DNA from: an uncultured Chroococcidiopsis sp.
GTDB taxonomy: Bacteria; Cyanobacteriota; Cyanobacteriia; Cyanobacteriales; Chroococcidiopsidaceae
DNA length: 64,000 nt
Assembly (NCBI GenBank): GCA_964248365.1
Contig: CAXTYC010000025.1
Location: 1-64,000, forward strand
Direction of reading: 5' to 3'
Position numbers and translations under genes: made by a program. The notes under the pieces are model-generated. The model made no database searches, was not told the DNA's origin, and saw only the letters and a program-made list of their open reading frames with translations. Within the stretch, counting starts at the first letter, position 1. Each line of letters opens with the position of its first letter. Shown in pieces: positions 9,494-20,094 of this stretch.

Positions 9494-11239
9494 TTAAAGC
9501 CTTTTCACCTTAGCCTTAAAACGACTAGTTTCAGCCTCACTCATAAACACCTCCTCCTTACGAGTAGCGTAAGCAGGGAAAGGAAAATTAACCAAAATTG
9601 GTGCGGGAACTTCAGGCTGATGAACAAACATTGTGCCGGATTTGAGAAATAAAACACGCTTGCGACAAGAACCTGTGAGAAAATTGTATTCAGGACGTTC
9701 AGCCTCAGCCGAGTCTAACCTACCCACTATGCGAATCGCAGCTTGTCCAACTACCCGCCGCTCAACTTCAGAGGCTGTTTGCTGTGCGCCAACCAAAATA
9801 ATTCCAAGCGATCGCCCCCTTTCAGCAATATCCACCAACAAATCTTTAATCGGGCTACGTCCATCGCGGGGCGCATATTTATTCAACTCATCTAATACAA
9901 TGAAAATTACAGGTTCTCGTCCCTGTTTTTCTTTTTGAATAAATAGTTTTTGCAACAATACACCCACAACAAATTTTTGAGCGCGGGCGCTGAGTTTATG
10001 GATATCAGTAACAGTAAGTTGAGTGGGAGAGTCAAGCGGTTCAAGTTGATATTTAGCAACTTCATCCGGTGATAAATCTCCCCGAATTAAGTGACTAACT
10101 TCGCTACTAATGCCATATAAACGCCGAATCATTGCTTCAGCCGTAGCAACAGCATTACGCCCTAACCATTTAGGATCTGTATCGTTCAAAAGTTTGTCTT
10201 CTAAAAATGAAACTAAGTCTTTAAATGTCTTAATTTCTGTTTTTAGTTCTTCCCCATATGGTTCGACTTCTAGATGAGCTTGTAGTTTACGGCGTTGAGC
10301 TTGGTCGCTATCGTCATTTTCTTCAGCTACTCGTGCTAATCTTTCCTCTACCGTTGTTACCAGGTAGGATAAATTACCTCGATCTAAATCTTCTCCCGTG
10401 AATAGGAAACGGAACAGGCGATCGCGGCATAATTCCCGCATACTCCACAAATAAATTGATATGCCTTCTGAACGCTGTTCTAAATCGGAATCTATATTCA
10501 GTATACCTTTTTTTGGTGCTGCCCGAAAACTTACACTACCAAAAGGTTGAATTGGCAAATTCATTACGCCATATTTATTTATTCCCTTTTCATTTTCGCT
10601 ATCGCCGTACTTTTTATTCAGCTTATCTAAAAAGAATAAATCTTCACCCTTGACGTTAAAAATCAATGCCTTGGTGTTAGCACGATGAGAACCAAGAGCT
10701 TGAGAATTGAAAATTGAATATAGTAAAAACAAAGCGTAAGATGTTTTAGTAGCAACTCCTGAAACCCCTGATATATTTACATGAGCGCCTTTTTCACCGT
10801 TGATAAATGAATAGTTGAAATAAGCCGCATTGCCATTATTCATAATTCCAGCCGGAATCGGAGTATCCATGCTGTCAAAGTACAAAGCACACGCCAATTC
10901 CTTATTTAAGGCTAGCTTTACCGGATCGCCTGGTTGAGGTGGTAAATATTCCTCTGGCTCAATTCGTGTTACTTGAACATGAGCAATATAAGATATATTT
11001 ACTGGTAAAGATCCGTCTTTAACTAAAAAGGTGTCTGTATCAAATTGGGTTCCTTCGTATTGGGTACGAACGTAGTCTACTACACCGTAAAAGTGAACAA
11101 ATCCCATCCCATCTGGGCGTTGAGTTTGTACTTCTACAACGTCATCTAGCCGCAAAACTTTTTGCGCTGCTACGGCTACCCAAAATTCTAAGGGTGTTGC
11201 TTCTTGAGTACCGAGTACAAAGCCGATTGGTTCAGTCAT
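9494..11239 (-). CDS. herA: HerA-family ATPase/helicase (DUF87)
   Basis: N-terminal HAS-barrel-like region, variant Walker A GVSGVATKT, Walker B IVLDE, GRSLG and GAQQ motifs; lies next to nurA. Confidence 0.85.
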   Translation of the reverse strand: MTEPIGFVLGTQEATPLEFWVAVAAQKVLRLDDVVEVQTQRPDGMGFVHFYGVVDYVRTQYEGTQFDTDTFLVKDGSLPVNISYIAHVQVTRIEPEEYLPPQPGDPVKLALNKELACALYFDSMDTPIPAGIMNNGNAAYFNYSFINGEKGAHVNISGVSGVATKTSYALFLLYSIFNSQALGSHRANTKALIFNVKGEDLFFLDKLNKKYGDSENEKGINKYGVMNLPIQPFGSVSFRAAPKKGILNIDSDLEQRSEGISIYLWSMRELCRDRLFRFLFTGEDLDRGNLSYLVTTVEERLARVAEENDDSDQAQRRKLQAHLEVEPYGEELKTEIKTFKDLVSFLEDKLLNDTDPKWLGRNAVATAEAMIRRLYGISSEVSHLIRGDLSPDEVAKYQLEPLDSPTQLTVTDIHKLSARAQKFVVGVLLQKLFIQKEKQGREPVIFIVLDELNKYAPRDGRSPIKDLLVDIAERGRSLGIILVGAQQTASEVERRVVGQAAIRIVGRLDSAEAERPEYNFLTGSCRKRVLFLKSGTMFVHQPEVPAPILVNFPFPAYATRKEEVFMSEAETSRFKAKVKRL

Positions 11240-11352
11240 ACCATTTTGGATTTTAGATTTTGGATTTTGGATTGAAGAATCTTCCTTTTGCTCCCTCAGC
11301 TTCCTTTTGCTCCCTTTTGCTCCCTCTACTCTCTTCTAGCCAGAGTTTAAAT

Positions 11353-12357
11353 TTAGGGTTTGAGATTTTGGGAGGCTAGGAAGTTTTGTACTCTTCGTTT
11401 GATTAGTGTTGCGTCTCCCATTTGTCTTCCTAGTTCTTGTTCTAATGCACCTACGGGGGTGAGGTTTTGGGGTGCGCGGGGATCTCTTGAGGGGTGGGAG
11501 GCGTATTGAGGGATTAAGTGGGTGGTTTGATTGGCTATTTCTTGAACTGTTTCTAGGGGAATTTCGCTGGATATTTCTAGGCGGACAATGCCATGTAAGG
11601 TGTGGTAGTTTTGTTGTGAATGTTGGCTGCCGGATTTTAAGTACCAGGAAAAGCGGGGGCGGTTTTTTTCTTTAATTAGGAAGATGGGCGATCGCTGGAA
11701 TGGTGATAATTTCCATAGTAAAGCCGCATATTTTTCACTTAAGTAATTTTTGTGCATTGTCTTAACATAGCCCAAAACGAATTGAGGCGAGTGATAAGAC
11801 AGTCGCCCATCTCGTATTACTAAGGTATCGGTGTAGTCAGCGGCTTGTTGGGCTATTAGTTGCTCCTCTGCTGCTAGCATGGCGTTTTGCACAATTAATC
11901 CTCGTACATCAGGAGAATTACTTTGGCTCGGTTTGAGTGGTTCGTAGACTAATTCTGCTTTGCTTCCCAAAGGACAAGGTATACGAGTTAATTCGGCTTC
12001 TTGTGCGCCGCCAAAACCCAATACTCGACGGACTTTAATTTGAGTGCAGTTCGCTTGGGGAAGGGATCGATCTACAACGACAGCACCTACGGCAATTGTA
12101 CCGAAAACTCCGTAAAAAACGTTATTTCCATCCCCACCCACCAAGGGCGCATCTATGCGGCGACAGCCATCGATAAAGATGATGCGCTTGGGTAGCGATC
12201 GCAATTCAGGTGAAAAACATTCCCATTCGTCTGTTTCTACAGTAGCATCAACGTCGCTCACTGAAAGCGAAATTTCCCCAAATTGAATTGGAGGCTCATA
12301 GTCAGCCCCCCAAGGCTCCACGCGATAGTTGTATTTTCGCCAGAAATCACTCAACAA
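11353..12357 (-). CDS. nurA: NurA-family 5'-3' nuclease
   Basis: Motifs FIDG.RR, IRDG, GYVKT and DPRAPQNL.P..ALE; lies upstream of herA. Confidence 0.8.
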   Translation of the reverse strand: MLSDFWRKYNYRVEPWGADYEPPIQFGEISLSVSDVDATVETDEWECFSPELRSLPKRIIFIDGCRRIDAPLVGGDGNNVFYGVFGTIAVGAVVVDRSLPQANCTQIKVRRVLGFGGAQEAELTRIPCPLGSKAELVYEPLKPSQSNSPDVRGLIVQNAMLAAEEQLIAQQAADYTDTLVIRDGRLSYHSPQFVLGYVKTMHKNYLSEKYAALLWKLSPFQRSPIFLIKEKNRPRFSWYLKSGSQHSQQNYHTLHGIVRLEISSEIPLETVQEIANQTTHLIPQYASHPSRDPRAPQNLTPVGALEQELGRQMGDATLIKRRVQNFLASQNLKP

Positions 12358-12721
12358 CGCTCTTGTATCCTTACAGTCTATCTTTTTTAATTTCGCTCGA
12401 AAATTAAAAAAATTACAACTTTTATAGAATTCTTAAAATCTCTGAAAGTACTAGGGACAATTCCGAATTCTAAAGGTTCGCGCCTCATGTCTGCACACTG
12501 CCCATGTGGAATTTGCCCAGTCCAGTTAGACATTCTCAGTGTAAATACAGGCGATCGCTTTTTGGGTAAGCGGAAATTTACGCAAGTTTTTTCTCGTGGA
12601 ATGCACGGAAAACTTATTGTGTGCATCTACTGAAGGAAATATTTATTTGGTTGGGCATACTAGCTGGTGCAGGTATTTATATATAACTGCGTCATATATT
12701 ATTTTTTATATAGAACAAGCT

Positions 12722-15436
12722 GTGAAATCTTTATTCAAAAATTCGAGAGCGATCGCTCCTTCGCGTAACAGTCGAGGTTTACTAGCTAGTAGTCTTGCCC
12801 TTTCAATCTGTGCCTTGGGCTATTGGGTGCAGCCTGCTCAAGCTGAAGGTAGTCGTAGTTTGTATCCTAGCACTGCCAATGCCAATGAATTTAGAGCCAA
12901 TACAGAGTGGTCTACCAAGGTGTATGGTCCTACTGGTGTCACTCCTAATAACTCCCTGCTGCGTCGTACATTGTTGAAAGTGTATGCCAAGACTGGGGAA
13001 TACATTCTCTTAGGGTCTAGTGCGGTAGGGGTGAATAATGCCGATATCTTGGTATACAAGCCAGGTCGAGTCACAGGTAGGGTAGGTGCTGAAACTATTC
13101 CAGGTACAGCTGACTTTAGCTGTAACGCACAGGTAGCATCGACTAGAACCGCGAACCGAGGTAGGATTACCACCCGTGCTATGGAGTTAGCTGGACCCCA
13201 AAGTATTACAGGTAACAACAATAACAATGGCTATATCCCTTGTTACTACCAAGCCCCACAAGATGGGATTTACGATGTGGTTATGCTAGGACCGAGTGGA
13301 AATAATAGTAATCAAGATGGAGTGCCTACCGCAGAGATCGATCTAACTAGCACGACTAACTTTGATGCCAGTCAAAACACTAGCATTGCGGCTTGGGATG
13401 TGACGGTACGCAGCAGTACAACAACTTCCACAACTGATATTAATGGGCGGCTTTTTACCTACTACTTATCCCTGTTTACAGGAGGTAACAGTAGACCTAT
13501 TAACCCTTCAATCTATCCGGTGACGACGGATGGTTATCGATATCGCACTGATCTGAACGGACTAGATCCGAACGGGTTTCTGGTTTACGGCAACCAGCAG
13601 GGCTTTCTAAACAGCGATGGCAAGCCACTCTACCATGATGTTTTGGGTGACGGCGCTCAACTGACAAATCTTCAGGGAGGAACTAACTTTTCCCTGCCTA
13701 CTTTTCCAATTTTCTTCACTCAAGCTGATACTACAGTACTAACCGCTCTTGGCATACCCATATCACCCATTATTCCAGCTGTAACCAACGCCACTTTTAC
13801 AGGTACAAACTCAGCTAATAACAGTAATTACAGTTCAGGCGGTACTTTTAACTTTACCAGTAATGTAGCTGGTAAATATGATTTAGTTATCAGCAGAGAT
13901 GGCAGCAATTTTGACCCTACAGCGGCTCAAAACCGATATATAACAGGGACGACCGCTTCTGGTTCACAACCAGTTAGCTGGGATGGTAAAGACAATAGTG
14001 GTAATTATTTCCCTGTTGGCACGAATTACAAAGTTCAGATCGTAGTCTATAGTGGTGAATATCACTTCCCGCTCATAGATGTAGAAGCAAGTTCGGGCGG
14101 TCCAAAGTTTACTCTTTTGAATGCCACAAACTCGCTGGGAAATACTGTAGGATTCTACGACGATCGCGGTTATACAACAACAAATGGGACTACTGTCGGT
14201 ACACCAGGTACTATACTCTGCGGTTCTGGTGCGCCCACTATTGCCTTTGCTAACCCTATCACTGGCTTTGACACTGGCACTAATCAGCGGGCGTTTGGTC
14301 CTGCTAACAATACGAACACTTCCTGCACTGGCTCTTTTGGAGATGCTAAAGGACTTGACATCTGGACTTATTTTCCTAGTACTTTCCAAACAACCAACTT
14401 TAATATCGTAGCGCCCGACCTAACGATCACCAAAACTCATACAGGTAATTTCATCAGAGGCTCGACTGGCACTTACACTCTCGCTGCTACCAACTCTGGC
14501 ACTGCTCCGACAAGCGGACAAGTGACAGTAACTGATACTTTACCTACTGGGTTGACTCCTACAGCAGCAAGCGGTACAGGTTGGAGTTGTCCAATTTCAG
14601 GTCAGACTGTCACCTGTAGCCGCAATGATGTCCTTAACGCTAATTCCAGTTATCCAGCTATTACCCTTACTGTGAATGTTGCGGCGAATGCTGCTAGTAG
14701 CATCACCAACACAGCAAGTGTCTCTGGTGGCGGCGAAACTAATACCACTAATGACACTGCTAACGATCCAACAACAATAATATCTGCTTCCCCTCGACTG
14801 ACGCTAGTGAAACGCATCACAGCCATCAACAACAACAGAACTAAAAATCCGAACGACAATACGCCCTTAAATACGTTCGTTGACGATCCAAATTCAACGG
14901 CTGATAATGACCCGAATTGGCCTACCCCTAGTACTTATCTTATAGGGGCGATTAATGGCGGTAAAGTCAAGCCTGGTGATGAGGTGGAATACACCATTTA
15001 TTTTCTGGACAATCAAGCACCAGCCTCAAATGTCTCTATTTGCGATTTAGTGCCAACTTATGAAACTTTGGTATTGACTGGGTATAACACAGCTTCACCT
15101 TACCCCACCGAATCTGGTGCAATACCTACTGATACCGGAATTGCTTTAGCTAATGATGCAAACACGCTGCCCACTCTACCTACAGTTTATTTGACAAATG
15201 TAGGTGATAGCGATCGCGGTCGCTATTACCCACCCAATGACCCTGGTACGCCCTCTACCTGCAAAGACACACAGGGTAATGCAACGGCATCTGGTGCAGC
15301 TGCCAATACAAATGGCGCGGTTGTGGTTGATGTAGTTAAGGGTACAGGTGCAGCTAATCAGTTACCCTTCGCAACTGCACCAGGTACTCCACCTAATTCT
15401 TACGGATTTATCCGCTTCAAAGCCAAGGTGAACTAA
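12722..15436 (+). CDS. Secreted/surface protein with a DUF11 Ig-like domain
   Basis: Signal peptide ending PAQA-EG, T/N/G-rich body, DUF11 motif PDLTITKT..VTVTDTLP, cyanobacterial C-terminus SYGFIRF. Likely GTG start at 12722. Confidence 0.8.
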   Translation: MKSLFKNSRAIAPSRNSRGLLASSLALSICALGYWVQPAQAEGSRSLYPSTANANEFRANTEWSTKVYGPTGVTPNNSLLRRTLLKVYAKTGEYILLGSSAVGVNNADILVYKPGRVTGRVGAETIPGTADFSCNAQVASTRTANRGRITTRAMELAGPQSITGNNNNNGYIPCYYQAPQDGIYDVVMLGPSGNNSNQDGVPTAEIDLTSTTNFDASQNTSIAAWDVTVRSSTTTSTTDINGRLFTYYLSLFTGGNSRPINPSIYPVTTDGYRYRTDLNGLDPNGFLVYGNQQGFLNSDGKPLYHDVLGDGAQLTNLQGGTNFSLPTFPIFFTQADTTVLTALGIPISPIIPAVTNATFTGTNSANNSNYSSGGTFNFTSNVAGKYDLVISRDGSNFDPTAAQNRYITGTTASGSQPVSWDGKDNSGNYFPVGTNYKVQIVVYSGEYHFPLIDVEASSGGPKFTLLNATNSLGNTVGFYDDRGYTTTNGTTVGTPGTILCGSGAPTIAFANPITGFDTGTNQRAFGPANNTNTSCTGSFGDAKGLDIWTYFPSTFQTTNFNIVAPDLTITKTHTGNFIRGSTGTYTLAATNSGTAPTSGQVTVTDTLPTGLTPTAASGTGWSCPISGQTVTCSRNDVLNANSSYPAITLTVNVAANAASSITNTASVSGGGETNTTNDTANDPTTIISASPRLTLVKRITAINNNRTKNPNDNTPLNTFVDDPNSTADNDPNWPTPSTYLIGAINGGKVKPGDEVEYTIYFLDNQAPASNVSICDLVPTYETLVLTGYNTASPYPTESGAIPTDTGIALANDANTLPTLPTVYLTNVGDSDRGRYYPPNDPGTPSTCKDTQGNATASGAAANTNGAVVVDVVKGTGAANQLPFATAPGTPPNSYGFIRFKAKVN

Positions 15437-16242
15437 GGTATAAAACTATCGGTATCTACGCCCATCTCTCGTAAACGCGCCGCTAGAAGTTCAGCACGTT
15501 GACGTTCAACCTCAGCACGTTGACGTTCAACCTCAGCACGTTGACGTTCAATCTCAGCACGTTGTTCGGCTATTGTCGCTCGTTCGCTTTCTTGCTGTGC
15601 CACTTCTTCTGAGGTGGTTAGCCTTCTGCCTTCCCAGTCATACCAGTATAACCATTCCCGCGTCCGTCCCAGATACGTCCCTCGCTCTTTTCCAATTCCT
15701 AAGCCAATTTCCGGCATCCATATCGGTTCCCCAGTTTGCAGCACATACTGCCCTTCAACCAAGCGATAAACCTCAAAAGATTGTCGTTTTCGCCGCTTTC
15801 CACGTCCTGGCGCATAAATTACATAGTACAAGATGCCTAATTGGGCATAGGCAATCTTTTTCTGTTCGTACTCGCCGCTATAGGTTTTGGAAACTACCTC
15901 TAGCGCCCACAAAGGAACTACGTTATCCTCTTCCCATAAGACATAGCTCAAACGCCCCTCTTCACCGATAAATCGCTCGACACCCAAGCTCAAGAAACCA
16001 TCTGGTACTAGCGGCGGTTCTCCTGGGGTATGATAAATTCCCATATCTACCCCGAAAAACCAGTCTGTACGCTCTGACCATACCAAAGCTAAAATCGCTT
16101 CCAACAGGTTTGGTATTAAATTTTGCAGTTCGTTATCCACAGGGGTATCGTCAGAATCAGGCAATTCGGCTGAGGTAGGCAGACACTCTAAGGGGTTGTA
16201 GTGTAGCATGACGCGCTTTACAGGGGACTGACTGTAACTCAT
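15433..16242 (-). CDS. Uma2 family endonuclease with a coiled-coil repeat tail
   Basis: Motifs ELPDSDDTPVDNELQ, VPDGFLS, LEVVS; C-terminal (E[IV]ERQRA)x3. Confidence 0.9.
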   Translation of the reverse strand: MSYSQSPVKRVMLHYNPLECLPTSAELPDSDDTPVDNELQNLIPNLLEAILALVWSERTDWFFGVDMGIYHTPGEPPLVPDGFLSLGVERFIGEEGRLSYVLWEEDNVVPLWALEVVSKTYSGEYEQKKIAYAQLGILYYVIYAPGRGKRRKRQSFEVYRLVEGQYVLQTGEPIWMPEIGLGIGKERGTYLGRTREWLYWYDWEGRRLTTSEEVAQQESERATIAEQRAEIERQRAEVERQRAEVERQRAELLAARLREMGVDTDSFIP

Positions 16243-16464
16243 TCAGTTAACTGTTAACTGCGAGCGATCAAATTACTACTAATGATACAGGTTTTCGTGC
16301 TGTTGATGACAGTATTTTGATTATTGATGTTTTGCTTATTATTACAAAAATACTATTGATTTTATTAGAAATCAAATTCAATTAAAATCAAAGCGTCAAG
16401 AATTTAAATTGCATTTTTACAAAATTAAATTTATCGGTATTCAATTTAGCGAATGGTAAAAATC

Positions 16465-17139
16465 ATGATTAGAAAAGTTAGTTTTTTGTTACTTTGGTTA
16501 GGATTTGTTAGTTATGCATTCTTGCTAGCTCCTCCGAATCAACCAGACACATTTGAGCTAATTAAAAATCTTTCAACGGGTAAGTGGGAAGGTATTAATC
16601 CTCTAGTGGTGTCTCTATTTAATATTATGGGTGTCTGGCCCATGATCTACAGTTGCTTGCTATTTATTGATGGCAAAGGACAAAAAATACCCGCTTCGCC
16701 TTTTGCAACTTTATCTTTTGGAGTGGGAGCGTTTGCGCTGTTACCTTATTTGGCATTGCGCGAACCAAACCCTAATTTTACAGGAAAAAAGAATTTATTT
16801 CTGAAAATACTAGATTCCAGATTGACTGGGATTGTCTTAAGTATAGGTGCGATCGCTCTTGTTGTCTATGGTTTAAACGGCGATTGGAGCAATTTTGTTG
16901 GGCAGTGGCAAACCGATCGTTTCATTCATGTCATGAGTTTAGATTTCTGTCTACTTTGTCTATTATTTCCAGCACTATTAGGAGATGATATGGCACGGCG
17001 GGGAATGAAAAAAGGAGCGATATTTTGGCTGACAGCACTAATACCGCTTTTTGGTCCTCTAATTTATCTATGTGTGCGATCGCCTCTAGCATCTGCTAGA
17101 GGGGAAGTATCTGCTAGTCAACAGCCTGCGACGAATTAA
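16465..17139 (+). CDS. DUF2834-like membrane protein
   Basis: Multiple TM segments; motifs LLPYLALRE, RFIHVMSLDF, LLGDDM.RRG. Confidence 0.7.
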   Translation: MIRKVSFLLLWLGFVSYAFLLAPPNQPDTFELIKNLSTGKWEGINPLVVSLFNIMGVWPMIYSCLLFIDGKGQKIPASPFATLSFGVGAFALLPYLALREPNPNFTGKKNLFLKILDSRLTGIVLSIGAIALVVYGLNGDWSNFVGQWQTDRFIHVMSLDFCLLCLLFPALLGDDMARRGMKKGAIFWLTALIPLFGPLIYLCVRSPLASARGEVSASQQPATN

Positions 17140-17277
17140 GAGTAATTCCCCTTTAGTTACCCCCTTATCAGGGGGAAGGGGGATCTAAATCTCTCGTTCC
17201 CAAGCGAGAGCAAAAAAAACAAAAAGTGAATAGTATTTAAACCACAGATAAACACAAACGATTTCAATCAGTTTAAT

Positions 17278-17928
17278 ATGGCTAGAAAAATTGCATTGTG
17301 GCTGATATGGGCTGGATTTATTGCTTATGTCGTGTTTTTTGCTCCGCCACTTCACTTAGCAGAAACATTGACGCTGCTAAGAAAGATTTTGACATTTCAA
17401 TGGGCAGATATTAACCCAATTATCTTATCTTTATTCTCTCTAATTGGCGTTTGTATATTCCTCTACAGCAGTGTTTTATTTTTCGATGGCAGAATGCAAA
17501 AGATTCCTTTTTATCCTTTTGCTATAGCATCCTTGGGTTCTGGTGTAATTGGTTTGATTCCATATTTAGCATTGCGAGAAGCAAATCAAGAGTTTACAGG
17601 AGAAAAAGATGCCTTTTTAAAACTACTAGATTCTCGCTCAACTGGTATTTTTGTAACCCTGTTTACCCTTGGGTTACTAGGATATGGCATAATAGCTGGA
17701 GATTGGGGAGATTTTATCGCGCAGTTTCAAAGCGATCGCTTTATTAATGGTATGAGTTTGGCATTTTGCCTGTTCTGCTTATTATTCCCCACAGTCCTAG
17801 GCGATGATATGGCGCGTCGTGGTTATCTCAGCAATTCCCAACTGTTTTGGCTAATAGCAATAGTACCACTGCTAGGACCACTTGTTTATTTGTGCTGGCG
17901 ACCTGCGTTACGGACAAGTAGCGATTAG
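17278..17928 (+). CDS. DUF2834-like membrane protein (tandem paralog)
   Basis: Shares LIPYLALRE, RFINGMSL and VLGDDMARRG with the upstream gene. Confidence 0.7.
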   Translation: MARKIALWLIWAGFIAYVVFFAPPLHLAETLTLLRKILTFQWADINPIILSLFSLIGVCIFLYSSVLFFDGRMQKIPFYPFAIASLGSGVIGLIPYLALREANQEFTGEKDAFLKLLDSRSTGIFVTLFTLGLLGYGIIAGDWGDFIAQFQSDRFINGMSLAFCLFCLLFPTVLGDDMARRGYLSNSQLFWLIAIVPLLGPLVYLCWRPALRTSSD

Positions 17929-18130
17929 CTTTTAGCGGTTGCGAGAACGCGAGAACGCGAGAACGCTGTTGCGAGAACGCTGTTAGAGCAATTCTATCGC
18001 AAATGTGAAATTTGATTCTTTGGTGGGCATGGGTGGCATACCAATTACCAATCTAGCTCCACAGTATATTTAGTACCCGTGTACTATGAAAGAAAGGGTT
18101 ATTGCTATCAAACGTTAGAAAAGAGCGAGG

Positions 18131-19966
18131 ATGCAAAAAAAACGAAATATTGTGCGGCGGTTGAGGCAAAACCTTAGCCAAGTTTTTGCCGTCTTTCAGT
18201 ACACTGGTAGGGCTGTAGAATTAGTATGGACAACAAGCCGCCTTCTAACAATCATCCTTGCGGTTCTGACTTTGGTGGCTGGTTTATTACCAGGTGCGAT
18301 CGCATACGTTGGGAAGTTGATTGTTGATCAGGTGGTTTCGGCTTCACACTCAGGGTTAGAACGCGATCGCCTCTATGCTTTGGGCTACCTTGCAATAGAA
18401 GCGGTTGCAGTTGCATTACTTGCAGGTAGTCAACGCGGACTTACGGTAAGTCAGTCTTTGTTGCGGGTACTGTTAGGACAAAAGGTAAACGTCCTGATTT
18501 TGCAAAAGGCTTTGACACTCGATTTAGTTCACTTCGAGGATTCGGAATTTTACGACAAGATGACACGGGCGCGGCGAGAAGCATCTAGCCGTCCTTTGTC
18601 CCTAGTCAGCCGCACTTTCAGCATAGTACAAAATATTATCTCCCTAGTCACCTATGGTTGGCTACTGCTACAGTTTTCATTTTGGACAGTAGCAGTGCTG
18701 TTACTGTCAGCTTTGCCTGCATTTATAGCTGAAACACGGTTTGCAGGGGAAGCTTTTCGTTTATTCCGCTGGCGTACTCCAGAAACACGAGAGCAGAATT
18801 ATTTAGAATTCCTGCTGGCTAACGAATCCCCAGCAATGGAGGTGCAGCTATATCAATTGGGCTCAAAGTTGCTAGAACGCTACCATTCGATCTTTAATCG
18901 GCTGTTTGGTGAAGACAGAGATTTGACGATCAAGCGGGGAGTATGGGGATATCTGCTAAGTTTGCTAAGTACGGCTGCATTTTATATTGCCTATGCTTGG
19001 ATTGTAGTCGAAGCGATCGCAGGAAGGATCTCCTTGGGAGACATGACAATGTATCTGACGGTTTTCCGACAGGGACAAACTACGTTCTCAAATACTCTCA
19101 CATCCATTGGGGGAATGTATGAAGACAACTTGTATTTGTCTAACCTTTATGAGTTTCTCGAACAGGAAATTCCCAAACCAACAGGTAAAGCAACTAAGGG
19201 TTTAGTTTTTGGGGATGGAATTCGATTTGAAAATGTGTCGTTTAGATATCCAGGTAATCTGCAACCAGCCTTAAAAAATGTCTCGCTGCATTTGCAACCT
19301 GGAGAAAAACTGGCGATTGTAGGGGAAAATGGTTCTGGGAAAACTACTCTGATTAAACTGTTAACCAGACTCTATACACCAGATGAAGGGCGCATCTTAC
19401 TCGATGGGTTAGATTTGCAAGAATGGAATATTGAAGTATTGCACAAACGAATTGGTGTGATCTTTCAAGACTTCGTGCGCTACCAATTCAGCGTAGGCGA
19501 AAATATCGGTGTGGGAGATGTGGAACACCTGGAAAATAAAGCCAAATGGCAGACATCAGCAGAAAAAGGCATGGCGCAACCTTTCGTTGAGCTTCTTCCT
19601 GAAGGCTTTCAGACGCAGCTAGGACGATGGTTTAAAGGCGGACAGGAACTATCTGGGGGACAGTGGCAGAAAATTGCTCTTTCCCGTGCTTTTATGCGTA
19701 CCAAAGCTGATATTTTGGTGCTGGATGAACCAACAGCAGCGATGGATGCAGAGGCTGAGTACCAAATTTTTGATCGTTTGCGATCGCTTACTCAAAAACA
19801 GATGGTGATCCTAATTTCTCATCGCTTTTCGACTGTCAGGATGGCAGATAAGATTGCGGTTCTAGCAGCCGGAGAACTGGTAGAACAGGGTACTCATCAG
19901 GAATTATTGCAGGCTGGGGGGCGCTATGCTAGACTTTTCCAACTGCAAGCGGCGGGATATCGTTAA
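18131..19966 (+). CDS. ABC exporter, fused permease/ATPase
   Basis: N-terminal TM domain, GENGSGKT, LSGGQ, LVLDEPT. Confidence 0.93.
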   Translation: MQKKRNIVRRLRQNLSQVFAVFQYTGRAVELVWTTSRLLTIILAVLTLVAGLLPGAIAYVGKLIVDQVVSASHSGLERDRLYALGYLAIEAVAVALLAGSQRGLTVSQSLLRVLLGQKVNVLILQKALTLDLVHFEDSEFYDKMTRARREASSRPLSLVSRTFSIVQNIISLVTYGWLLLQFSFWTVAVLLLSALPAFIAETRFAGEAFRLFRWRTPETREQNYLEFLLANESPAMEVQLYQLGSKLLERYHSIFNRLFGEDRDLTIKRGVWGYLLSLLSTAAFYIAYAWIVVEAIAGRISLGDMTMYLTVFRQGQTTFSNTLTSIGGMYEDNLYLSNLYEFLEQEIPKPTGKATKGLVFGDGIRFENVSFRYPGNLQPALKNVSLHLQPGEKLAIVGENGSGKTTLIKLLTRLYTPDEGRILLDGLDLQEWNIEVLHKRIGVIFQDFVRYQFSVGENIGVGDVEHLENKAKWQTSAEKGMAQPFVELLPEGFQTQLGRWFKGGQELSGGQWQKIALSRAFMRTKADILVLDEPTAAMDAEAEYQIFDRLRSLTQKQMVILISHRFSTVRMADKIAVLAAGELVEQGTHQELLQAGGRYARLFQLQAAGYR

Positions 19967-20011
19967 GGTTATGTGTCGAGTGCTTCGGGCGACCGCGCAC
20001 AGGCGCGAAGT

Positions 20012-20073
20012 GTAGGGGCGGGTTCACCTATATATTTGTAGACAAAGGAAATATCTCGTTAACCCGCCCTTAC
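20012..20073. repeat. GTAG-type REP hairpin
   Basis: GTAGGGGCGGGTT ... AACCCGCCCTTAC inverted arms. Confidence 0.65.
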
Positions 20074-20094
20074 AAAGTGAGGAGTGAGGAATGA

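Noticed and set aside
12420..12720. c-di-GMP-I riboswitch upstream of the DUF11 gene
   Set aside because: I could not find the GGCAAA/GAAA tetraloop and receptor pattern on the coding strand. An Rfam scan would settle it.
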